The position numbers were made by a program, and so were the translations under genes. 64,000 nt of DNA from Camelus ferus (taxonomy: Eukaryota). Numbering within the stretch: the first letter of the stretch is position 1; the number at the start of each line of letters is the position of its first letter. Positions 1 through 13,310 of the stretch are shown here, piece by piece. Where the stretch lies: contig NC_045696.1 in assembly GCF_009834535.1 (NCBI RefSeq), positions 39,620,001-39,684,000 on the forward strand, read 5' to 3'. Under the pieces are notes generated by a model. That model saw only the letters and a program-made list of their open reading frames with translations, did no database searches and was not told the DNA's origin.

Positions 1-3000
1 TCCTTAATCCATCTTCCAAGACCCAGACTGGCCCATATCCTCCGTCTAGTTTCCTCTGGTTTTTCTGGTCCAGAATCATCTTAGATAGAAAAAAAAAAAA
101 AAAAGAACTTTATTTTTGAAATGAAATCCCTATTTTCACATAGTACAGCATGCTATAAATAAAGGTTTCATTTTTCTGTGCTTAGGCATATCAAAGACCA
201 GTTCTCATTTCAGGAAGTAAAGCCTTCAGCTCAAGAAGCAACCCAACAATTAGGCCTCAGTTAGTAACAAGGAACTACGCAGAGCATATTAGATGATGGA
301 TTACTTTCTTCGGCCAAGCATTGGTTTTAGATTGCCTTACAGCTGATCTAGTTGTTGTTCAGGGCAGAGGTTCTGGTGTTAGGGCACTGATAAGGACTGC
401 ACTGTTGTGAAGCAGGGCAACTGCACAGACACAGGTCCCTCCTGTGCTCTTTTGTACCCTTGCTTCGGGACCCAGGGACTTGCTGGTGGCTTTTGTCTTA
501 AAGGCTCTTTGCACAGTCATTGTCCCTTCACCTCGTTTGTCCATAGCCTAGCATGGTTGCAGAGTGGACGTGCCTCCTAACTGCCCTTGCCTTTCTGTGC
601 AGAAGCCATTGCTTACTGCTAGTGACTAACTGCTGGGGAAGTCTTCATACATTAAATCACAAACATGGGGAAGTTTCAAAAAGTTAAGCAGTTCCACTTT
701 TGGTTCTTGGTCTATTGGTGATTTCTTACTCCCTCGCTAAGAATCTTTCAACTTCTAGGTTCTGCTGTTCATACTATATATTTTGCCCTTTGAAGGGGAA
801 TGCAAAAAAAAAAATTGCATGTTTTAGGATAATATGGATTCTCTATAATAAACATCATTTAATTGAAAAATAATAAAATAGTGCACTTTGAACCTGCAGT
901 TAAGAGGTTAGAGTGAGGCAGAAGGTTATGTTTGGTATGTTTAATTGTCTTTGTTTATATGGGTTTGCCTTTAGAGCTGTGCTCTCAGCTCTGATAGTCC
1001 TTTGTACCCTGAGATCTTGTGCCTTGTGATGGGTGGGTACCACATACCTGTGTTGGATGGATGGATGGACAAATGGATGTTAGAGTCACTCCATTTCCTT
1101 GGCCAGCTATTTCACTGACCTACTGGTAGGATAAATTTCAGTTGAGTTCAAAGCTGTCTCCTGAAGTCTGAGTAGGTTTTCCTAAACCTAGAGGGATTTC
1201 TGAGGTTGGAGACCAGAGATCTAAAAGCAGTGGTACCTTGACTCGCCTATGGAAGGTGCTAAAATATTTGGCTAATTGTTTGTGAAAACAGGGCTGAACA
1301 GTCAGACTCCGTTGTGACCCCCCCAAAGCTCCGGAGTTACTTCTTTCGTTGGAAACCCTGATTTCTTTTTTTATTTACCTTCATGGGGATGGTGTACACT
1401 TCTTTGGAAATCTACTAAGAAAAGAGAATTTTCTTGCCCCTCCCTTCAAAGAGAATGCCCATTTTTGAATTTTCTTTTGCATTTTCTAGACTAGGTTATT
1501 TTATAGTGTAGAGAATGCAGCCGTTAGTAAACAATGATCCATATTTTAAAACATCTGCCTTTTGTGGTTTTCTCGAATTATTCTTTATAGAAAATAATGT
1601 CAAAGGTATAGGAATCCCAAAGACAGGTCTTCATCTATTGGTAGACTTGACTTCAGTTTACACTGGATAATAAACCTTGTTACAATGCTCTTGAGCTAAA
1701 AATTTCCGTTAGTATAAATAGACCATTGTTTATAGTCACACTGTTTATAGGTGTAATCACTTCAAGGTAAAAAACAGGACATTTTATTGCTTTGCTTAAT
1801 GATCCTCTTTATCCAGCATTGACTGGGCCATAGTAGGCGCGTCCCGATCCTTTGATTCTGAAGTGAAATGTTATCTTTTTAGGGGGTTGTGCCTTAGATT
1901 ATCTTCTGGCTGGAACACTGAACAGAGCATTCTAGAGAAACCTTTGGTTTGTTCCCCTCCTTGCTCCAATGCTTTGTGACTTTTCTGCCTAGTCAGTGTG
2001 GTTATCAGAAAAAGAAAGTGCTTGTAAACAGACTATTTTCTGCATCCATTCTTTCTTCAGTGTGTTTTGTTTTCAACAGGATGGTTATAGGTTCACTTGA
2101 ACTAGAAATGTTTGAAATACTTTATAAATTAAAAATAGTATTAACTTCCCCTTTTCAGAGAGTCATAGTATTTTACATATCTAGGTATTTTTATACAACT
2201 TGAATTATCCAAAGTTTATGTTTTAGAAAAAAGGCTGTTTAAAAGTGATCAATTTTATAAGTATTTCTAGCAATCTGTAAGATTCACTATCTTAGTAAAC
2301 TGCTTTTTCTAGATTTGTGGGGAAAAAAAGAGTTTTGGCTCCAAAATGACATTTAGATTAGTAATTCTCTGAAAACAGCCTAAATGTCTGCTAGTAGGGG
2401 TTTGTGATGTATTTGGCTGATAGAATACGCTACAAAACTTGAAAGGAATGAACCAGACCTTTATGTATCAACATGGATGGACCTCAAAACCAGAAATGTA
2501 GAGTGAAAAATGCAATTTCAGAATATTATATATTTGTTATGTAAATATCAAACCACTTAAAACAATGTCATGTACCAGATAATGCTTGTGTGTGTGTGTG
2601 TGTACATGTGTGTGAATAAAAAGGAGACAAATTCATGATAGTTGTTACCTCTGCGAAAAGAGGAAGAGGGTAGGGAGGGAACAAAAATCTCTATTAGAAA
2701 ATTCCTGAGAAGATATGGTTCTTTTATTTAATGGGTCCCTGGGCATTTGCTATATTAATGCTTGGAATTCTCTTAATGTTTTTGTAACAAAAAGATCCCA
2801 TGTAATATTTCCTAGTGAAACGGGTTCCAACTAGGAACCATATATTTATCAAGACTCTGGGGAGTGAGACCGAAGCTGTTCTAATACATTCATGCTTCAC
2901 GATGTCGTTCTGTGAAAAACAAAAGTTTATAGAATGAATCTTGAACGTGAGGTGAGCTCTAAGCTGATCTGGCTCCCAGGAAGCTGTGATGGCTTGCAGG

Positions 3001-3039
3001 TCCAGAGAAGAGAGCCTGGTAGCAGCCCGCCTCGGCCAG

Positions 3040-3190
3040 ACCCCAGCTTGACACCTTCCAGCTTCTTTGAGGCCTTGGACAAGTTAACTTCTCTAAGCCT
3101 CTCAGTTTCCTCATCTGTCAGCACTGATGTGAGGATTCTGAGTCTGTACATGTAGTAGCACTCAACAGAGATTAACTGTCATTATTTTCA
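3040..3190 (+). mobile_element. MIR SINE
   Basis: MIR core ccttggacaagttaacttctctaagcctctcagtttcctcatctgt. Similar cores lie near 8530-8750, 18860-19000, 43285-43430 and 61290-61520. Confidence 0.7.
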
Positions 3191-5009
3191 TCCTCACTCC
3201 TCTTAGCAGCAGCCCCAATTCTCCCAGTGAACTGTTTACATTCTCACCTCAGAATCTTTGCAAATGTTTCTCTGCCTGGGATGCTTTTCATTTCCACCCT
3301 TATGTCATCTGATTGACTCCTTCTCAGAGGAGTAGTCTGTGAGTTCTCTCAAATTCTGCTGAGAAGCTCCCCATCCTTCCCCAGCCTGGGTCACTTTGTG
3401 GTCATACCACAGTTGTAATTTAATAATTACCTAAATAGTTATGGCACTGAACGGTATTCCTTACTAGTAATGACAACTACTTGCTAATTTCTGCCTCTTG
3501 AATGGTAAACTGTTTTTCTTCACCATTATATCTTCAGTGTCTAGAGTACGGTCTGGCTTTGGGAAAACAATTATTGACTAAATCAACAAAATTATAGTAG
3601 GGATTAAAAACTTTCAGAGTTAATTTTGTCAGGAAATGAATTGCCTCCCTTTGCCTAAAGGATTAATTTAGCTGGTATTTGGAAGTAAATCTAGGATTAT
3701 GTGATTTCATAAAAAGAATACATATTGCACATGTATCAGTTTATTTGTAATAATAATTATAAGATACCCCAAATTAAGATTTGCATCATATTTGTCATTT
3801 GACTTCAGAGGATCACCTGATGGATAGTAACATAACTATCATCACATTCTTTCATTTACTGTGGGAAGAAGGAAAATTTCCAACACTTGAATCCTAAGAT
3901 TTGTTATCTGCTCATCTAATTGTTTGCCCTCAAGCTAACTCACTTTTTTCTTTTATGAATAGCAGAAGAGGAATTAACAAACAGCAAATGAGACTTCTTA
4001 AGGTGCAGAATAAACTAGGTCATTCAGAATAAACTGACGTAATAAGTAGCTTGAAAAAAAGGGGTTTTGTAAATCAGATGGAATGTTACTCATAATTTTT
4101 AAGCAAACTACAAAACAGTAAACCTTTTGGAAGGGGGACTCACAAAGTGGGAGGAAAGACAGGAAACTGATTTCTTCTTCATGGTGGGTTTATTTACTCT
4201 GGGAGAGAAACCTAAGAACACTTGAAAATTTGAGGAAGGTCTTTGTGTTTAGATATTAGCATATTTCTCCAGGAAAGGCATCACGTAGCATTTTGAACTG
4301 ATTGAAAGCACGAATTTATTAGTAAGTAGGGAGCAGTGCAAAATATAAGAAAGAGAGAAACAGACGTTCAAAGCATTGAAGGAATTTTTATGACTGAGAT
4401 GGAGTGGTGGGGAGGTGAAATTTCAGGGCTAGGAAAATAATACAAAGCCCTGCACTGAAAAAGAAAACTACAAATTGCAGCTTTGGGGGTCTTCCCCTGC
4501 CACCTTTGGAGACAAATGATTTTGTAACAGAGATCACTGGGAAAAATTACTTTATAGCTATATTTTCCCTCATTCTACCTCTCTTGTTAACTGTAGTGTG
4601 CTGAAATCATAAATAACTTCATTTTTAAATGCTGAAGATATATTCATTTATTCCTTCATTCATCAGAACATATTTATTTGGTATCAATTATTTGCCAGAC
4701 TTGGAGTAAAAATACCCATTTTTTCCTTTTTTTATGGAAGTGCAACATGTATTCTTTAAGATTGCACAAAATTAGATATTGCTCAAAAGTATCACCCAGG
4801 CGTGTACTGGAAGATACCAAGATACACCTTTTTGGGGGGAAATTTGAAGGTGTGTGCTTGCAAATTTCTGCTAATAACTACTTAACCTATTTATTAACCA
4901 TCTGCCCCCAAATCAGGGTTGGCAAGTACTTTTGAAGTCATATGGTTAGCAGACTGCACTTTGGGAAACACTAGTTTCAATAACATTCCAATGCTTGAAA
5001 TCAAGCTGC

Positions 5010-5640
5010 ATCCTTGACCCTCAAGACCCACAGTCTTGATCCACAACATTGGCATCACCTGGGAACTTGCTAGAAATGCAGATTCTCAGGCTCCACCCTG
5101 ACCTACCAAATAAGATTCTTCATTTTTTAAAAAAAATTATTTTTTATTGAGTGTAGTTGATTATAGATATTGATTTCAGATGTACAGCAAAGTGGTTTCA
5201 TTATACATAATCTATATTTTTTCAGATTCTTTTCCATTATAGCTAATTACAAGGAATTGAATATAGCTCCCTGTGCTATACAGTAGGTCCTTGTTGTTTG
5301 TCTATTTCATGCATAGTGTGTGTATCTGTTAATCCCAAACTCCTAATTTATTCCTTTTCCCCTTTCCCTTTGGTAACCATGGTTTGTTTTCTATGTCCAT
5401 GAGTCTGTTTCTGGTTTGTAAATAAAATATGTATCATTTTTTTAGATTCCACATATAAGTGACATCATATGGTGTTTGTCTTTCTCTGTCTGACTTACTT
5501 CACTCGATATGATAATCTCTAGGTCCATCCATGTTGCTGCAAATGGCATTATTTCATTCTTTTTTATGGCTAATACGAATCCACAGTTTAACAAGATGCT
5601 CAGGTGATGCTGATGGACATTAAAGTTTATTAAGCACTCC
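5010..5640. mobile_element. MER5A-like hAT remnant split by an L1 3' fragment
   Basis: ggcatcacctgggaacttgctagaaatgcagattctcaggc...acctacc resumes after the L1 as tttaacaagatgctcaggtgat. Boundaries approximate. Confidence 0.7.
5123..5573 (-). mobile_element. L1 3' end fragment
   Basis: T-rich tail on + strand followed by L1 3' UTR and ORF2-end sequence (gattccacatataagtgacatcatatgg...ccatccatgttgctgcaaatggc), shared with the copy at 14461. Confidence 0.85.
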
Positions 5641-7309
5641 GATCCAAATCCCTCCCAAGTGGTTTTTAGAACAGAATGTCTTTAGTAACAGTGACTCACT
5701 GTTCAGCAATGCAACCTGTATTATGTTTAGCAACCTAAACATTAGCAAGTTCCTCCTGCTGAGCTCAAAGCTAAGTCCTTGAATATTGCATTCACTGGCC
5801 TTGGCCTAACCCCCGGTAGCCTTCAGAACCTCTAATGCCTCTTTTTCATGAAGGCCATTCAGACATGAGGATGGACCATCTTGTTTTCCTTCCTTGATTT
5901 AAGCTCCGCCAGGTGTGACTAAATCCCCATCTGCCTAGCTGTTCCTGGTGTAACACTGAGGTTTCTTTACCAACCTATTCAGTGTAGGGAATCTTAAAAT
6001 GACCTTTCCAACCTTAAATTTGTGCTTGCTCCTTTACTGCAGCTGGTAGTAACTAGTAGTGGGTAGAGTTGATGGAAACCCAGGAGTTGCACTTTCTATA
6101 CAGTCAAGGAGGATTCTGAGGCATAAATGTATCATTCTCTATGATTTCCTTAGGTTCAAAATTCTGCCTCATGGTGGAGACTTCTATTGTAATAATAGCC
6201 ACTAAAGGGCACTGCTTTGCCTTTCTTCTAACTTCTAAATGTACCAGCTACTTAAGCACTTTAAAAGTGAAATGCATAAGAAAATAGGCATTTTCTGTAA
6301 ATGTTTAAGAAAAAAATCCCCTGTAATCCACAACTCAGCACACCAACTGGTGTCATTTTCCTCTTTGAGTAATGAGTCACCACACATACATCTAACACAG
6401 AGAAACAATCTTCGTGTACTCAGCCTTTTCAGACTTTCTTTACGTGGTAGAATCTAAATATCTTTTCATGTTATTGTATGATTTTCATAATTAAGCATGA
6501 TCATTTTCTTATTGTAGGACATTAGCATTCATAAGTGGGTTCTGAAATAAAATATCTGCCATATTTTTGTTAGTTTTGTCTTTTGATATTTGTTTCCTAA
6601 GAATTTTTTAAAAAATAACATTTTCTACTAACACAAGAAATACAGAGCAGGCAGCTTTTGTTGGTTTGTTTTCAGATCAGGGTTGTTTAGTCTTGGAGAA
6701 GAAAAGCTGTAGCAGGAGCAGTTTGAGATCTTTTCAAAATTTTTTTGGGGAAAGTGGCCCACTGCACATTCTTAAACTAGCTGCTCTTCTCCCTAACTTC
6801 CCACACTTCCTTTCTCCTCGCATCCTTCTAGATAGTTCTGTTCTTGGCTTCTGCCTCTTCCTCCCGTCTCCCTCCCTTCCCTTCCTCTTCAGAGGGTTTT
6901 CCAAAGCAACAGCTCCTTCCCTCACTTCTGTGTTGAACAATAAAGCTGTGTGTATGTGTGGAGAGGAGCTGAAAAGGAAGACAGATGGTTCTTTCATTAC
7001 CGGGTTGCTTTGGATTAATTGAGCTCGATGTTATTTTTGTTTATTTTTTTTTTCAAGGAGACTGAGATGGATCTCATGGAGATCCAGCCATGAGCGACAG
7101 TAACGTAATCTGTGCAGCTAGTTTTGCTGTTGGATTTTTTTGTTGTTGTTTTTGGTAATTTCAGCATCCTGTCGAACATTTGGGGCAGGGGTCAGTAGGG
7201 AGTTGACTAAAATAGTGTTTTCAGTAAAAATTGTTTTTTAACGGCTTAACATTTTTCTCAGGTGGCCGAGCCATCCTTCTAAGCATGCTGTCATTGTGTT
7301 TTGTTCCAG

Positions 7310-7473
7310 TACTTGCCAGTGAAGGAGCAGAACAAGTTTTTTTGTCTGGGATAATTTCTAGTGCAGAGGCTCCAGCAACTTAGCAGACAGCATCCCAAGC
7401 CTCTGGCGCCCTTACCACATTCTTCACCCTCAGGAACAGAGGGCCTTTGGGAAACAGATTCCCAAAAGTGCAG
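7310..7473 (+). other. Candidate alternative 5' UTR exon of ST3GAL6
   Basis: Acceptor tgtgttttgttccag| (alternative ttttctcag| at 7262) and strong donor CAG|gtaagc, in non-repetitive sequence upstream of the ATG exon. Confidence 0.4.
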
Positions 7474-10400
7474 GTAAGCAAAGGCAATATGACTGTGGTC
7501 TCATACTGCTTAGATGTAAGATTGAACAACTGAAATGTCCTTATACAGTGTTTCCCTGCTGGCAGGTGGCTTTAAAATACCCTCCCCTTCTTTGTATACA
7601 GCTGCCTGTTAATTTATCTCCTACTAGTTTAACCTGTGGCTGAGGGCCAATGAAATTACAGACTATATAACCAATGACTCTTCAGCATATCCCAAAGTTG
7701 AGCTATGAGACTTTTAATTATTGTTTTTATTCTCAGTCTGAATGGGCCTTCTTTGGAACTGTTCTAAACTAATATGGAAGCAAAAGAGTAAACCCTGAAG
7801 TTAAAACTAGAATATTACATGCGTCACAACTAGTGTACAAAGTGCTGTTAACCAGCTGTGTGAGAGTGAATGCTAGTTCCCTCTTGGTCTTTAAATGCTA
7901 CAATTAATAATAATTTCATTGAAGTTCCTCCATACAATTTGTAGGCAATTCTCCTTACTACTTGTGAATCCCATATAAGACACCAATTTATAAGTTTGTT
8001 CTGAGAAAGGGCTGGAGCTCAAATGTCCACCAGGAATTAGCTCCACATTTTACCCATGAGTCCATACGGTCTTTTTGATGTGTTGAGGTTCATCAGAGAA
8101 CAATTATTCTATTAGCAAATTTGTTACATTACTGTCTTGTTTGGAAATCATTTTGTGAAGGACACTTACTGACTGAGAACATTCTGCTTTAGTGGTGCTG
8201 GTGAATTTGGACAGTTACAGTGGTTTTGGAATTTAGTCCTTGGAAATCTCTTAGGTTCTTTATTGTTCACACCAAGATTATTCATGAGTGGATTCAAAGT
8301 CCTCTAGTGTCCTGAGCCACTGAGTTTGCAGAACTCTTGAGCACCGTGAACATGGGCTTGGAGGTAGGGCTGGATCTTCAGGTTTTTACAACCAGAAACA
8401 TCTTAATTAAATGAAATCTGGACTGTAATCCAGGTTACATTTGTTGGTGATTTGTGGAACTGCCTTTCCTGTACATCAGTACATTTCCTGACATCAAGAA
8501 GATGGAAATAGTTTGAGTCTTTATATTATAATGTGTAGAGCATGGATTCTGGTGTGTGCCTGGGTTCAAATTCCAGCTCTGCCACTTAATACTTGGGTGT
8601 CCTCAGGTACGTTATAACTTCTCTATGCTTTAGTGTTGTCATCTGTGCGGTAGGGATGACCATAGTACCTTTCTTAAAGGGTGATTTTGAGGATTAAAAG
8701 AATTAAACATCTACAGTGTTGAGAACAGCTCTGTCACATAAGTATTCAGGAAGTTTACACTAGTTTTATTTCCATCTATTGCACTGTTTATTCTTCGACC
8801 TCTGTTCTCTAGCCTCGGGCTGACAGATGCTCAACTCTTCATCCTTACCTTGTTAGATGTTGCTGATTGACTCCGGCATTTGCTTCTGAGCCTAGAATAC
8901 AATATTTGAATCCTTCTCAACATTATAATGGATCCAGATCAGAGTATAAGATGAAAAATACTTGTCAGCTCAGATTATTTGTAAAATTTTTGATTTTATT
9001 TCTTGCTTCAAGACATCCATTTGATATGCTGATTGCAAATCAGGGTTATTTGCTTGGTTTTTACCAAGACTCAGAGCAGTTTTATTATGAAAAGCATAAA
9101 AAGGTATGGCTTCTACAGCCAGAAACAGGGTCTAATTCTAAGCTGAGTTTTGCTAATGAATTACTACTTATCTTGAATATCTTTTGTTTTATATTTAGAA
9201 GCAGATGAGTAAGGCTTCCTTTCACAGATACTTTGAAATGTTTAAAGAATGTGCAGAAATGATAATGGAAGCTAAATTTTTCGAGGCTGTTATCACACAG
9301 TGTCATGAGTTCTTTAGGATCTTTACCAGGATGTTATGAAGTTAGTTTTTTAGTGAAGTCTTGGTATATGGACAGCTAATACTTCATTAGTTTCAAAAGA
9401 AGAATTAAAAACAAGATTAGGAGTGTCCTGATCACGTACCAGACATTCTTCTAAGTGCTTTATATTTATGACTTATAGCTCTACTAGGTAGTGTCATTAG
9501 TCCCACTTTACAGCTGAGGTATAACGAGGTAAAGAACATCCCAAGGTCATACAGCTAGACAGAGGTAGAGCTGAGGCTCACACCCAGCGGGTCTGATTGC
9601 CAAGCAGGCAACCTTAACGTCTAGTTGTGCTGCTACCTACAAAGAATAAATTGCATGAAGAAGAGGATGAGAAGTAAGATGGAAGGACCAAATTAAAGAA
9701 GTCTCTGGTGCCAGGCTAAGTGATTTCATGTGTATTTGGCAGACAATGGGAAGCCACTCAAGGCTTTCCTGTGTGGTGGGTGACAAAATGAGAGCTGGGC
9801 TGGGAGGATTTGATGCCAGTACAGCACGTGGTCGGGTTTCAGGGAAGATAGATTAGAGATCATTACTAGTAGCTGGGAAGTCATGGGTTTAGAAAACAGG
9901 ATTAAGGCAAGAGCTTGGGAACACCTGTGGTTAGGCATGCCGCAGAGGCAGAGGAGAGTTAGAAGCACAGGCAGCAGGAGTGAGACCCAGCCAGGGCAGT
10001 GCCACCCAAGGGATGTGTTTCAGGAACTGAAAACTGCCAAAATCAGAGAGAAATGGGAGGAAACAAAGACTAATGGGTTATTATTGTGTACCCACTGGTG
10101 AGACCGGAATCCTGCTGGAGGAAAATCCACATGAAAATGTTCTGTGCTGCCGACACTGCTACTTGTGAGTGAGGTCACCTTTGGCAAGTTATTTTTTCTA
10201 AATCCCGTCTGTCTCTTCTGTAATGTGGTGACATAAGACCTTACTCTGCCTAAATGCCCTGACCTCTTGCAGTCTTTCCAGTTCTAAGATTTGTAATTCC
10301 TGGTCCCAGTTGCGAGTAGCAATACTTGAAAATGTTGTGAGTGCTTGGCTGGTGATTTCACTTGGCCCTTTTGGGCGAATCAGAAGTCCTGGAGGAGTAA

Positions 10401-10769
10401 ACAGGAGGAGTCCTGTGTATTTGCTCTCAAATATACCAGCGGTGAGGCTGGTAGGAGTAGAAGGCTAAGACTGAAAACAATACAGGAGTGCAAACGTCTC
10501 GGGCATTTACAGAGACCACAAACATCCCCTAGAATGTGAGGGACATTTTTCTCAAAGCTCCTTATTTTCAAAGAGAGTCTCACTAGTTTATTCAGAGAAA
10601 ATTCTGTTGGTTGGAAATTTTAAAAGGTCAAGCCCAAAAGAGATAGCCTGGAACTTAGAAAGAGCTTCCAGTTCCTCTCAGAAACTGTTTTTGTGTGTGT
10701 GGGTGTGTGTGTGTGTGAAGCCTTGATCCTCGGCGTGGGCTGTAATTCCTCTTCCCTCTGACCTTCTCC

Positions 10770-10927
10770 AGTAGTGCTTCTCAAACACACAGATGACCTA
10801 AGGATCTTGTTAAAAATGCAGATTTAACTCAGTGGATCTAGGGTTGGAGCTGAGATGCTGCCAGTTTTACAAATTTTCCAGGTGACGTCGATACTGTTGA
10901 TTTGTGCACCACGCTCTGAATAGCAGG
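10770..10927. mobile_element. MER5-like hAT remnant
   Basis: cttctcaaac...atcttgttaaaaatgcagatt...ccaggtgacgtcgatactg...ctctgaatagca pattern. Confidence 0.6.
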
Positions 10928-11414
10928 AGTCTAAAATATATTTTTGCTTCCCACAACAGATAAGCGTACTCATGTTGAAACAGTGGGACTTGGCTCCCTC
11001 ACCCGACTGTGAGCTCTGCTCCCCATGTCCTGAAGTAGAGTACACACGCGTAATGAGTGCTCAGTGGTAATGGATTCATCCATCCTTACCTCTGTCAGTG
11101 ATTTGTATTATTCAATGGTGTCAGTAATTTGAATTGTTATCAGCAAGGGCTTTTTCCTTTTAACGGAGAGATTGAAGCAAATCTGTCATTCAGAAATAGC
11201 TACCAGAGTATAATAGAAAATTTTCATATAAAGTTAGACATTGACTGTATGACCCATAAAAACATATGCACACTCAAAGCCTTCTACTTGAATTTTCAAT
11301 GTCGCTTTGTTTATAATAACCCAAACTGAAAAGAAACCAAATGTTTGTTAGCTGCTGAGTTGATAAACAGATTGTGGTTATGGTATAGCCATACAATGGA
11401 ATACAGATTAGCAC

Positions 11415-12001
11415 TGTTGACTGATTAAAAAAAATGCACAACTTAAAAGCTGAGAGTTATGTTTTATTTGGTGGCCTTTCTGAGCACCATAGCCCGGATA
11501 CAGCCTCTCAGGTAGCTTGAGGAACTGTTCCAAAGAGGCGAGGGAGGAGGCAGGATATATAGGAGTTTTTGCTAGGGAAAAAAAAAATGTAGTCAAACAT
11601 CAAAAGATTGTTGCTAATACAGACATCTCTGTTAATGATCATAAAATCATGAAAATCTTAGTGATTTTAGTGCTTTCTATGTATAGGAAGATGTGTACCT
11701 GTCTGAGCTTATTGAAGTCATTCCTTTGATGTGTATCTTATTTTTTTTTGGAGGGAGGATAATTAGGTGTATCTATTTTTAGAGGAGGTACCGGGGATTG
11801 AACTCAGGACCTCATGCACTCTACCGCTTGAGCTATACCCTCCCCCCTTTGCTATGCATCCTAACAACCTGTGGCCAGGATCCTGTTTTTCTCTTTCCTG
11901 AATCCCCGGGGGCGCCATGGGTGGGTGGGGTGCCATGGCTGCTGTGGCTGGTGGCTTGATGGGTTGACTGAAATGGCAGGCAAGCATTTCTTTTGTCCAC
12001 A
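11415..12001 (-). mobile_element. ERV1-type solo LTR, copy 1 (contains a SINE)
   Basis: TG...CA termini, flanks GCAC/GCAA, minus-strand CCTATATA and AATAAA (11463-11468); aligns by eye with the copies at 27807 and 28453. Confidence 0.8.
11741..11846 (-). mobile_element. tRNA-derived SINE (camelid Vic-1-like)
   Basis: Reverse of GGGAGGGTATAGCTCAAGCGGTAGAG...GAGGTCCTGAGTTCAATCCCCGGTACCTCC; degenerate 17-bp TSD (11724-11740 / 11847-11863, 13/17 identical). Confidence 0.85.
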
Positions 12002-12849
12002 GCAATAAAAAGGAATTAACTCCTAGCATAAGCAACAACATGGATGGTTTTTTCCCAAAAGCATTATACTAATTGAAATACGGCAGAAATAAGATATATA
12101 CTGTATGATTCCATTTATATGAACTTTTAGAGAAAGCAAAGCTGTAGTGATAAACAGATTAGGGGCCAGAGATTAGGGGAAGAGAGTTGGCTGCAAAGAA
12201 CACGGGGAACTTTGGGGGCTGATGGAAATGTTCGGTATGATTTTGGTGGTTGTCATACAACTATACACATTTGTCAAAACTCATCAAACTGTACACTTAA
12301 AAGTGGTGGGTTTGTTTATAAAAATTTTTTACCCCCATAAAATTAATTTTAAAAATTGGCCACACATCATTAACATTATCTCCTTTCAGGTTGTCTTATC
12401 AGTGTGATATTAATATAAGAAATAGAGAAAATTTCCACCCTGGTAGAAGAAATGGGTGTCTGGCAGAAAATATGGATAAACAGTAGGAACATGACAAGTT
12501 CCCTTAAAAGCTTTTTTGTGTATTTCAATGAAGCTGAGTTTAAAGGGAGAGATTTTGAAAACAGGAACTTCAGTTCATTTATTTTTAGCATCTAATATAG
12601 TGTGCTATTAGCTGAATGATTTTAGTGTGTCCTGCTGTGCTATTAAAAAACAAAATTCTGTTGAAAAGTCGTTTCTCTCCCTTTTATATTTTTTGCAATG
12701 AGCACATCCAATTTTCGAGGCAGGATTCGGTCATCTGCTTTAGTAGTGAGGGCTTTGCTTTTATTAGGTGACAAGGTCTGTCTTCATATGCTAAGGTTGA
12801 AATCTGGCAAAAGCATTGGGTTTTTTTGTTTTTGTTTTGTTTTTTAGTG

Positions 12850-13310
12850 TCAAATAATCTATAATTCAAAATTAAAAGCATTAAACAAAGTAAAGAAGGA
12901 TATTCTATAATGCTAAAAGCCACAATGTATAATGAAGTAATTACTGTTATAAAGTTCTATGCACAAAACAATATAGCAGCAACTTTAACAAACTATAGAA
13001 GATAAAAGTAGAAACTATAGAAGATAAAAGTAAAACCAGACAAATCCACACTAATAATAGGAGAATTTAGAACACTTCCCTCTGACCTAGACAGACTGAG
13101 GAGAAAATATCTAGTAAGGATAAAGAAAACCTAAAAAAATAATCAATAATGTATACCTAATAGCTATATATCCAACTCTGTTCCATGATAATACAGACTA
13201 TTCCTTCAAGTACATTTAGATCATTTCTAAAAATAGACTATATTTTAAGTCATAAAGAAAATCTAAATTAATTCCCAAAATAGAAATATTATTAAGAGCA
13301 GTCTGACTAG
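12850..13310 (+). mobile_element. Degraded old L1 fragment (probably endonuclease region)
   Basis: A-rich, with L1-EN-like motifs (aaagaaggatattctataatgctaaaag; gacaaatccacactaataataggaga; aaaatagactatattttaagtcataaa). Confidence 0.55.

Larger units (their letters stand above)
11260..12345 (+). mobile_element. Old L1M 3' end, interrupted by an LTR
   Basis: catacaatggaata...gca|LTR|gcaataaaaagg...caacaacatggatg...atgattccatttatatga...gtcaaaactcatcaaactgtacacttaa. Confidence 0.75.

Noticed and set aside
7084..7094. CCAGCCATGAG identical to the ST3GAL6 start context at 23567-23577, suggesting exon duplication
   Set aside because: An 11-mer match is expected by chance in 64 kb, and the similarity does not extend.
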